A stretch of DNA of 64,000 nt from IMG/VR virus record IMGVR_UViG_3300042890_000947, positions 1 through 64,000 of that record, one strand, 5' to 3'. Position numbers and translations under genes: made by a program. Under the pieces are notes generated by a model. It saw nothing but the letters and a program-made list of their open reading frames with translations, was not told where the DNA came from and searched no databases. Source of the DNA: a virus. Shown here in pieces: positions 57,188 through 64,000 of this stretch; the first letter of the stretch is position 1; every line of letters begins with the position of its first letter.

Positions 57188-57814
57188 ATGAAGTTTATTG
57201 TTTTAATCGGCGCAGTAGCACTGGCCGCAACTACTTTCACTCCACTCGCTCATGCCAGTGCCGCTCTTGGCGGCCTTGACAAGCAATGTTATAATGCTCT
57301 TCGCAAGGAATGGTCTGGTTGTAATAAGGGATCAGGCGCAGATAATAAGAATCTTCCAGACTTTAAGTTTAATCCGAAGTCTCACGGCAAGCCAGGAAAG
57401 CCAGGCGGTAACGGTGGCAATGGTAATGGCAACGGCGGTACCGATAACGGCGGTGATGGCAACAACGGCGGTGGCGATAATGGCAACGGAGGCGACAACG
57501 GTAACGGAGGCGACAATGGAGGCGATAACGGTAACGGTGGTGATAACGGTAATGGCGGTGACAATGGCAACGGTGGCAATAATGGCGGCGATGGTGGTTG
57601 CCAAGGAGCTGGCGGCGGTAACTGCGGCATAGGAAACGGTGGCGGTGGTGGTAATGGAACCGGCAACGAAGGTAATGGCAACGGCCCTGGAGATAATAGC
57701 AATCAGCCCGACAATAACAACGGCGGTGGTAATAACTCAAACTCTCCTCAACTCAACAGCAATGACATAAAGGGTTTTGATCCTTCCACCGGTCTATACG
57801 GCCCTGGTACCTAA
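57188..57814 (+). CDS. secreted Gly/Asn/Asp-rich low-complexity protein
   Basis: signal peptide ending AHA; GGDNGN repeats. Confidence 0.65.
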   Translation: MKFIVLIGAVALAATTFTPLAHASAALGGLDKQCYNALRKEWSGCNKGSGADNKNLPDFKFNPKSHGKPGKPGGNGGNGNGNGGTDNGGDGNNGGGDNGNGGDNGNGGDNGGDNGNGGDNGNGGDNGNGGNNGGDGGCQGAGGGNCGIGNGGGGGNGTGNEGNGNGPGDNSNQPDNNNGGGNNSNSPQLNSNDIKGFDPSTGLYGPGT

Positions 57815-57823
57815 TCACACAAA

Positions 57824-57899
57824 GCGTCTTGGGAGGTGTTGGCAATCTCATCGGTCTCATAAGCCGAACAACCCAGTTCGAAACTTGGAAGACGCACCA
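57824..57899 (+). tRNA. tRNA-Met(CAT)
   Basis: GCGTCTT/AAGACGC; TCGGT-CTCATAA-GCCGA; CCA. Confidence 0.75.
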
Positions 57900-57945
57900 A
57901 ACTAAATACTTCACGGTCAATCAAGGCCAATAATGAGGTATTAAC

Positions 57946-58119
57946 ATGCTAAACACACTCGTTGTATTAGTTCTAGTCGCTGCCGTTCTCTGGGTTCTCT
58001 GGGAAATGTGGCAGAATGGTTGGGATCTTAAGAAGGGTGGCGCTGCTATCGTAGCCGCTGCTGCTGCTTGGTGGGTCTGGGTTCACGATTCAGTATCTTC
58101 ACTAATTTCTGGAATGTAA
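57946..58119 (+). CDS. small two-TM membrane protein (57 aa)
   Basis: GAGGT SD; CTAAATA upstream; Trp-rich TM segments. Confidence 0.55.
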   Translation: MLNTLVVLVLVAAVLWVLWEMWQNGWDLKKGGAAIVAAAAAWWVWVHDSVSSLISGM

Positions 58120-58135
58120 ATAAAGAACCGTCGTT

Positions 58136-58230
58136 GGCCCGTGACGGTATATAAATCCTCGGGGTGTAAGTTCCTGCCTTGACCCTTCCATAAGGAATCA
58201 CTGATCGCAGTAACCGCTAACGGGCCTCCA
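58136..58230 (+). ncRNA. CCA-terminated RNA with a tRNA-like acceptor stem
   Basis: GGCCCGT/ACGGGCC-T-CCA; interior is not a cloverleaf. Confidence 0.45.
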
Positions 58231-58238
58231 ATTTAAAT

Positions 58239-58437
58239 GCCGATTCCGACGGGAATCGGTCGAGTGCAAGGAAATGGCTGGACGCAAAGACCGGCTAACT
58301 TGGCTAGATGGTGTGGTGCCCGCGCGTGATCTACGAGAGTAGAAGACGTGTCGTTTCCGACCAAGAAAATCTAGGCTGTCGCGTTGAACAGGTATCTGGG
58401 CCGTGACTTGTGGGTGTACCCGAATCCCACCTCACCT
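58239..58437 (+). ncRNA. candidate large structured ncRNA (~200 nt)
   Basis: dense GC-rich hairpins in an ORF-free spacer (CCGATTCC/GGAATCGG, CTAGAT/ATCTAG, CTAC-GAGA-GTAG, GTGGG/CCCAC). Confidence 0.45.
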
Positions 58438-58457
58438 TATTAACTATAGGAGCATTA

Positions 58458-58955
58458 ATGCCTGGACCATTATGGGAAGCGACTAGAGACTTACACCATG
58501 CTTGTGAAGCGCATCCTGTTGGTGCTGCTATGGCAAGTGGTAGTCCACCTATGAAATGGTATGCTGACTGGCTTTCCGCTCTTTACACTATACACTGGGA
58601 AGTTGATCAACATATTCCGAAAGTCATCCATAGAACGGAAAGAGTTCAAAATGACTTGACAGCCACAAACTGTCCTGCTAATATAATACGTGCTGCTAAC
58701 AAATATACCAATTCCTTGATAACGGAAAAAGATATTGCAGGCGCTGCTTATGTTCTTACTGGAGCGCACCTGATGGGCGGCGAGATTATGCGTAGGCGTC
58801 TTGTTGGTTATCCTACTACACATCTGGAATGGGATGATCGTAAAGCTGCACTTGTGGAACTAAACAAGTTTAGAGAGCGTGAAGAGATTGCAGAGGAATC
58901 TAAAAACTGTTTTCATGCTCTTCTAAAGATTATGGACGAAATTAAGGCCGATTAG
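58458..58955 (+). CDS. heme oxygenase-like protein
   Basis: LWEATRDLHHACE proximal His; AYVLTGAHLMGG distal helix. Confidence 0.7.
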   Translation: MPGPLWEATRDLHHACEAHPVGAAMASGSPPMKWYADWLSALYTIHWEVDQHIPKVIHRTERVQNDLTATNCPANIIRAANKYTNSLITEKDIAGAAYVLTGAHLMGGEIMRRRLVGYPTTHLEWDDRKAALVELNKFREREEIAEESKNCFHALLKIMDEIKAD

Positions 58956-59021
58956 CTCAGTGGTAGTAGCGTCTCGTTTACACCGAGAATGTCGGGAGTT
59001 CGAATCTCTCATCGGCTACCA
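58946..59021 (+). tRNA. tRNA-Val(TAC)
   Basis: TCTCG-TTTACAC-CGAGA; CCA. Confidence 0.9.
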
Positions 59022-59026
59022 ATAAC

Positions 59027-59108
59027 GCGGATATGGTGAAATGGCAGACACGCTAGTCTTAGGAACTAGTGCTTCGGCGTGGGGGTTCAAGTCCCTCTAT
59101 CCGCACCA
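59027..59108 (+). tRNA. tRNA-Leu(TAG)
   Basis: CTAGT-CTTAGGA-ACTAG; V-arm; CCA. Confidence 0.92.
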
Positions 59109-59113
59109 ACTAC

Positions 59114-59187
59114 GCCTCTATAGTATAAAGGTAGTACACGGCTTTGGTAAAGCCGAGACACAGGATCGATACCTGTTAGAGGCACCA
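59114..59187 (+). tRNA. tRNA-Thr(GGT)
   Basis: CGGCT-TTGGTAA-AGCCG; T-loop ATCGATA; CCA. Confidence 0.85.
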
Positions 59188-59202
59188 TATAAATAGTTAC
59201 AT

Positions 59203-59289
59203 GCTGGCTTGGCTGAACGGCTGAAGGCAACGGTTTTGTAATCCGTCGGAGTAATCCCATTGCAGGTTCGAATCCTGTGGCCAGCACCA
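59203..59289 (+). tRNA. tRNA-Thr(TGT) with class II-type variable arm
   Basis: ACGGT-TTTGTAA-TCCGT; GGA-GTAA-TCC V-arm; CCA. Confidence 0.8.
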
Positions 59290-59308
59290 TTTTTTTAGGA
59301 ACTTAATA

Positions 59309-59803
59309 ATGATTAGAAAGCATCTCGACCTAGACGCCGTTCGTGCGTTTATTCAATCACAATCTCCAGAAACAAAGGTATATCTTGGTGGCGACTCCGA
59401 ACGCTTTCAAATCGATGGCGTGTGGTATGCTGACTACATCAATGTGGTAGTTGTTCATAAGAACGGCAAGAACGGTTGTAAGGTATTTGGTGGTATCGTG
59501 CGTGAGCGCGACTATGACCAGAACAAGGACAAGCCACGGATGCGTTTGATGAATGAAGTAATGAAGACTGCTTCGCTATATCTGGAACTATACGATGTGC
59601 TTGAGGATCGTGAAACAGAAATCCACTTGGACATTAATCCAGACATGAAGCATGGTTCTTCATGCGTTATCAACGAAGCTGTTGGCTACATTCGTGGTAT
59701 GTGTAACATCATACCTCTGGTTAAGCCAAATGCTTGGGCCGCATCTTACTGTGCGGATCGATATAAGGACGCTATTCAACACGCACATAAGGCGGTAGCA
59801 TAA
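59309..59803 (+). CDS. RNase H-like YkuK (DUF458) family protein
   Basis: YLGGDS, RLMNEV, EIHLDIN, KPNAWAASYCAD. Confidence 0.8.
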   Translation: MIRKHLDLDAVRAFIQSQSPETKVYLGGDSERFQIDGVWYADYINVVVVHKNGKNGCKVFGGIVRERDYDQNKDKPRMRLMNEVMKTASLYLELYDVLEDRETEIHLDINPDMKHGSSCVINEAVGYIRGMCNIIPLVKPNAWAASYCADRYKDAIQHAHKAVA

Positions 59804-60000
59804 TGTTTATCAAGTTAACGAATATGGTTCCTGAACGAAAAGGTGATCCTCTATACCTCAATGTAAATCATATCAAGGTGGTATATGAGGATCACGTTGA
59901 AGGAGGCAGTCTTTTGACTCAAGTCCATGCAGAGAATGTTACATGGTCTGTCGAAGAAAGTCTTGGTGAAGTAATGAAGTTGATTGGAGAAGCAGTTTAA
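59803..60000 (+). CDS. FlbD-like small protein
   Basis: MFIKLT...LYLNVNHI...VEESLGEV. Confidence 0.5.
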   Translation: MFIKLTNMVPERKGDPLYLNVNHIKVVYEDHVEGGSLLTQVHAENVTWSVEESLGEVMKLIGEAV

Positions 60001-60001
60001 A

Positions 60002-60427
60002 ATGGCAAGATTTTTCGTTATGATTTGTGTTGTTATCTTCGCAATCTTTACGTTGGTTGTCGGAGCTAAAGCGGAAGTATTCATTACGATTGATAAGTCG
60101 GATCAAACAATGTATGTTGAAACTTTGACCGATACATATGAATGGCCAATTTCTACGGGTCGAGAAGGATACAATACACCGTCTGGAGAATATCGTCCGT
60201 ATCTACTTAAGAAACTTCACTATAGCAAGAAGTATGATAATGCGCCGATGCCTTGGTCAATCTTCTTTCACGAAGGATACGCAATTCATGCGACTGGCGA
60301 AGTAGAGCGTCTTGGATCTCCAGCATCTCACGGTTGTGTTAGACTTGAACTGAGAAATGCTCGTTGGTTATATCGCCTAATAGATGAAAGTGGCAAAGAG
60401 AATACATATATACGTGTAATAGAATAA
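60002..60427 (+). CDS. L,D-transpeptidase (YkuD family)
   Basis: ISTG, TPSG, MPW, AIHAT, SHGCVRL. Confidence 0.9.
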   Translation: MARFFVMICVVIFAIFTLVVGAKAEVFITIDKSDQTMYVETLTDTYEWPISTGREGYNTPSGEYRPYLLKKLHYSKKYDNAPMPWSIFFHEGYAIHATGEVERLGSPASHGCVRLELRNARWLYRLIDESGKENTYIRVIE

Positions 60428-60428
60428 T

Positions 60429-60518
60429 GGAAGGTTGGCCGAGTGGTCTAAGGCACCTCACTGCTAACGAGACGTACCTTAATCGGTACCGAGGGTTCGA
60501 ATCCCTCACCTTCCGCCA
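60429..60518 (+). tRNA. tRNA-Ser(GCT)
   Basis: CTGCTAA loop, weak anticodon stem, GTACC/GGTAC V-arm, CCA. Confidence 0.82.
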
Positions 60519-60550
60519 TATAAATAGTGATATAATTTAGAGGAAATAAA

Positions 60551-60994
60551 ATGGAAGAATTAGTAGAAAAGATGAAGGCGGTATTAGCAAGTACCTTTGC
60601 TGCTGGACTTAAAGCTCAGTCGTATCACTGGAATGTAATTGGTTCCGATTTCCCACAACTACATGATTTCTTCGCAACTATCTATGAGGACTATCAGGGT
60701 GCAGTAGATCCACTAGCGGAACACATTCGTCAGTTGGACGCTTTTGCACCTCAGACATTGACAAGGATGAAAGAATTGTCTATAATAATGGAGGATGAGA
60801 AAATTCCTACTGCGGAAAAGATGATTGCCAATCTTCAGACCTGTAACGAGAATCTTTCTAACTTAGTTATTGAAGCGTATGAAATGGCAGAAGCACAGAA
60901 GATGTATGGTCTTTCCAACTATCTTCAGGATCGTATTACTGCTCAAATGAAACTTAACTGGATGATCAAGGCAACAATGGGCAAGAAGTCCTAA
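60551..60994 (+). CDS. dps: Dps/ferritin-like DNA protection protein
   Basis: HWNVIG, LHDFF, DPLAEHIR, WMI; late promoter TATAAATA at 60519. Confidence 0.9.
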   Translation: MEELVEKMKAVLASTFAAGLKAQSYHWNVIGSDFPQLHDFFATIYEDYQGAVDPLAEHIRQLDAFAPQTLTRMKELSIIMEDEKIPTAEKMIANLQTCNENLSNLVIEAYEMAEAQKMYGLSNYLQDRITAQMKLNWMIKATMGKKS

Positions 60995-61008
60995 AAAGGA
61001 TATTTATT

Positions 61009-61677
61009 ATGAACGAACTTATGCAGATACACCAAAATGTAGATCATCCATCAGACAAGTGGAGCAACTACTTTGACATTTACGAAAAGCACCTTAAAGA
61101 TTATCGAGGTAAAAACGTTACACTAGTTGAAGTTGGTGTACAAAAAGGTGGATCATTGGATATGTGGCACACATACTTTGGGCCACATAGTAAAATTATT
61201 GGTATTGATGTGGATCCCGAGTGTGCCAAGTTAATATATCCAAATAAAAATATTAGTGTGACTATAGGCAATCAAGAAAGTCCTGCTTTTTGGGATGAGT
61301 TTTTGAGCAACAATACTGATATTGACATATTCATTGATGACGGCGGTCATACGATGGGTCAGCAGATTGTGACTTTTGAAAAAGTTTTTCCTAAGCTGAA
61401 AACAGGAAGCATCTTTATATGCGAAGACACTCACACATCTTATTGGCCTGAATTGGGCGGTGGTCTTAGAAGAGAATCATCATTCTTAGAATATGCTAAA
61501 GACTTTGTTGACGTTCTTCACAACAATTGGAAAAGAGAAACAACCGAATCTTTAGAAAAGAAAAGCGCCATGGCGTTTGATGGCTTATCTGGTCTATATT
61601 TCTACGATAGTGTGGTTGTTTTTGAAAAGTTTGGCAAACAACCTATGAATAGAATACTGATACCTGGCAAACAATAA
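61009..61677 (+). CDS. class I SAM-dependent (sugar O-)methyltransferase
   Basis: VEVGVQKGGSL, IDDGGH, EDTHTSY. Confidence 0.8.
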   Translation: MNELMQIHQNVDHPSDKWSNYFDIYEKHLKDYRGKNVTLVEVGVQKGGSLDMWHTYFGPHSKIIGIDVDPECAKLIYPNKNISVTIGNQESPAFWDEFLSNNTDIDIFIDDGGHTMGQQIVTFEKVFPKLKTGSIFICEDTHTSYWPELGGGLRRESSFLEYAKDFVDVLHNNWKRETTESLEKKSAMAFDGLSGLYFYDSVVVFEKFGKQPMNRILIPGKQ

Positions 61678-61679
61678 TT

Positions 61680-62492
61680 GTGAAAAACAAATTATATTAT
61701 CATATATTTTTGTCTGATGATTATGGTACGTGGTCTTCCATTTTTATGGAACAAGTTAAACTAATGGAAGACCACAATCTAATTGACGCTCTAGATGAAA
61801 TCAATATAGGTTGCGTATACACATCAGATCACGCTAAGGAAACTTTTGAGCTTTTAGCGACCTCCATATTTAAAAATCCAAATATAACTTACTATCCTAA
61901 TACTATAGGATCTAGTGAAGATGTATATTTCGATTCGAAACTAAATTCTTACTATCATTCGGCTGTTACTGAAAACGTAACTATGAAAAAGATATTTGAT
62001 GATAGTCAGAAAGAAGACTTTAACATTTTATATCTTCATAGTAAAGGTGTAACGTCAGTCGCAAGACATTTAAAAACACACAACATATTTGCTTATCTGT
62101 TATATTTCAATTGGAGACAATATTTACAATGGGCAGTTATTGAAAATTGGAAAAAATGTGTCAGGGCTTTAGATAAAGGCTATGACATAGCATCCGCAAA
62201 TTTTATGACTGATCCAGCTCCACATGTAAGCGGCGATATTTGGTGGTCAAAAGCATCATATATAAGAAATTTAGATGACCCTACTGAACTTGATTGGTAT
62301 TTTAATATGAGAGAAAGGTCTCATAATCAGGATTTTAAATATAACGGATCTTTGAGACATAGAGATGAAATGTGGATTTGCTGTCGAAACAATTTCAAGT
62401 TTTATCATATACATCTTCTAGATGAGAAAGATAATCCCGCTTATAATATTCTGCCTAGAAAAAACTACACAACAACAGGAGAAAAGTCATGA
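61680..62492 (+). CDS. GT-like protein, paralog of the N-terminal domain of ORF 22911
   Basis: shared YHI, WSSI..EQ, ILY.H..G, IENWK, PH..G..WW.K.SY, RDE.WI motifs. Confidence 0.65.
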   Translation: MKNKLYYHIFLSDDYGTWSSIFMEQVKLMEDHNLIDALDEINIGCVYTSDHAKETFELLATSIFKNPNITYYPNTIGSSEDVYFDSKLNSYYHSAVTENVTMKKIFDDSQKEDFNILYLHSKGVTSVARHLKTHNIFAYLLYFNWRQYLQWAVIENWKKCVRALDKGYDIASANFMTDPAPHVSGDIWWSKASYIRNLDDPTELDWYFNMRERSHNQDFKYNGSLRHRDEMWICCRNNFKFYHIHLLDEKDNPAYNILPRKNYTTTGEKS

Positions 62493-62800
62493 GAAAGTTT
62501 ATAGTCGCGGGAGTAGTTCTTTTGACTATGCTTGCAGGATCCGTACCAGCCTATGCGGATAATTCCGAAGAAGTGATTATTGGAATTTTAGGCGGTGCTC
62601 TTGGCGGTTTAATTATCGGTGAGGCTATCGGTAATGGTAATCGTGTTTACGCTGCGCCACAATACTACCTACCGCCTCCTATTGTGTATGAAGAATATGT
62701 AGAACCAGCGCCAGTGCGTTGTGTATACAAAAAGAAGCGAGTATATAATCCGGAAGCGGATGAGTATGCTGTTGTAAAAAAGCGCGTATGTTATAGATAA
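62489..62800 (+). CDS. secreted/membrane protein with Gly-zipper and Pro-Tyr segment
   Basis: signal peptide ending AYA; GILGGALGGLIIG; terminal Cys pair. Confidence 0.6.
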   Translation: MRKFIVAGVVLLTMLAGSVPAYADNSEEVIIGILGGALGGLIIGEAIGNGNRVYAAPQYYLPPPIVYEEYVEPAPVRCVYKKKRVYNPEADEYAVVKKRVCYR

Positions 62801-62805
62801 GAGAC

Positions 62806-62827
62806 GGGCACCTTCGGGTGCCCTTTT
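62806..62827 (+). terminator. intrinsic terminator
   Basis: GGGCACC-TTCG-GGTGCCC-TTTT. Confidence 0.85.
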
Positions 62828-62832
62828 GTATT

Positions 62833-63021
62833 ATGAACCCATTCGAACAAAGAAGAGTAATCAAAGAAAAACGATTAGAAATCTGTAACTCCTGCGAACG
62901 CTATGATAAGGATCAGAAGCGTTGCAGGGAGTGCGGATGCTTTATGGAATACAAGGCTTTCATGCCATACACTTCTTGTCCTTTAGATAAGTGGAAAATA
63001 TTGAATCTGGAAAAGACATAA
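62833..63021 (+). CDS. small Cys-rich protein
   Basis: RLEICNSCE...RCRECGCFM...CPLDKW. Confidence 0.65.
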   Translation: MNPFEQRRVIKEKRLEICNSCERYDKDQKRCRECGCFMEYKAFMPYTSCPLDKWKILNLEKT

Positions 63022-63051
63022 ATAAGTAGAACCCTAATTTTGGATTGAAAT

Positions 63052-64000
63052 ATGTCTAGTACTGGCGCAAATAAATGGCAAAAATACTTTTCTAAAGGCG
63101 ATGTGGCCACAGCTATCATTAAAGGTCCCGCAAAAATATATGATAGCACGAACAGCATAATTGATACTTTAGCTGACGGTACGTCTATAACTGTCCTAAA
63201 GATGAAAACTTTTTCTTCGAAATATGCCATATCTTACACTAAAAGATCAAAAGCGGTTGAGGGTTTTGTTTCAGATAAAAACGTAGGCAAACCTATCGCT
63301 AAGAAAGGCGCTACAGAAAATTTAGGTGTTAGAGCGGAAACTCTTACCAAATTAGGAGTAAGAAAGCAGATTAGTTTTGGTGGTAAAAAAGTTGAATGTA
63401 TGACATTCAATAGTCATGTAACGCTTATGCGCTCACTCATTAGTGGACTAAAAACTAATCCAAAAGTATCAGAAAGTATCGTTGAGGTTTTTGAAGATTT
63501 TGCAAAAACCAATTACACTACATTAAAGTGGCAAAAACAGATACCAGATTCTGATATCAATGAACTTGGCAAATACGCAGGCGAAATCATAATCGGGCTC
63601 TTAGGACTTAAAGGAAACAAAACTCCATTTAATACCAACTTCTATAAAGGAAAAGTTTTTAGTTTTTGTATTCCTACTGATCCTTCTTTTTCAGGCGTTG
63701 ATAGTTTTTTTATTCTTGGAGATAAAACAATTGTCCCTATCAGTTCAAAATATGGTGTTGGTGCTAAAGCATCTTTCTTTTCAAATCTACTGAACAAAGC
63801 AATAGACGCGGGTGTGCCTCCTAGAACAGTGATAGGTGAAGTTGTAGATTCTGCCAAAAGAGCAGGAGTATCATCATCATCATTAACATCAAAGCAAGGT
63901 TCAAAAGAAGTTTTGTATGAATATGGAGTTAGAAAAGTTTTGAACATGTCTAGAAATGCTGTTAAAGATCCGTATGCTGTATATACAAATGTAAAAACAA
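63052..64000 (+). CDS. partial ORF, possible PD-(D/E)xK nuclease-like late protein
   Basis: open to the window end; CATAAATA upstream; YAGEI...GVDSF...PISSKYG pattern. Confidence 0.45.
   Translation, partial: MSSTGANKWQKYFSKGDVATAIIKGPAKIYDSTNSIIDTLADGTSITVLKMKTFSSKYAISYTKRSKAVEGFVSDKNVGKPIAKKGATENLGVRAETLTKLGVRKQISFGGKKVECMTFNSHVTLMRSLISGLKTNPKVSESIVEVFEDFAKTNYTTLKWQKQIPDSDINELGKYAGEIIIGLLGLKGNKTPFNTNFYKGKVFSFCIPTDPSFSGVDSFFILGDKTIVPISSKYGVGAKASFFSNLLNKAIDAGVPPRTVIGEVVDSAKRAGVSSSSLTSKQGSKEVLYEYGVRKVLNMSRNAVKDPYAVYTNVKT

Noticed and set aside
57252-57740. Pro-rich, Ala/Thr-rich and Arg/His-rich alternative ORFs (also 19098-19556)
   Set aside because: Frame shadows of Gly-rich genes.
58276-58300. 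GGACGCAAAG..CCGG.CTAA resembling a c-di-GMP-I riboswitch
   Set aside because: The upstream GGCAAACC/GNRA stem is missing and the segment folds as its own hairpin; only an Rfam scan could rescue it.
53408-58437. HDV-like theta or hammerhead ribozymes after tRNAs; tmRNA; RNase P RNA
   Set aside because: I could not find the required cores (nested P1/P3 with the catalytic C strand, CUGAUGA plus GAAA, tmRNA ends with a tag ORF).

Overview
A 64-kb segment of a large T4-like myovirus genome, almost entirely on the + strand. The host is probably an alphaproteobacterium, inferred from a tRNA-His lacking G-1 with A73, a ROSE-type sHsp leader and GCTA-type -10 elements. Gene order: replication core (dNMP kinase, gp45, DsbA, gp44, gp62, RegA, dUTPase), with an MTase plus nuclease-like pair inserted between gp44 and gp62; a fibre module (PAAR, a ~1,390-residue Gly-X-Gln collagen fibre with S74 chaperone, a gp38-like adhesin); a ~19-kb glycan biosynthesis and modification island containing hsp20 and pstS; gp43, uvsX, gp40, gp41; a block of small early-type genes; and a ~9-kb tRNA region. 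The window holds 32 tRNA or tRNA-like genes covering all 20 amino acids, interleaved with iron-stress and cell-wall genes. The most notable unexplained structure is in the tRNA region: (i) a leader-peptide/antiterminator/terminator attenuator ahead of the main tRNA array; (ii) several sequence-unrelated ~90-200 nt spacer RNAs that share a junction plus loop-loop (kissing) fold, some ending in CCA; (iii) a D-armless tRNA-Arg(ACG) and class-II-like Ile(UAU) and Thr(UGU) tRNAs; (iv) a twice-occurring 76-bp LysR-box/sigma32-like promoter element. All calls come from manual reading and motif recognition; no searches or folding programs were run.
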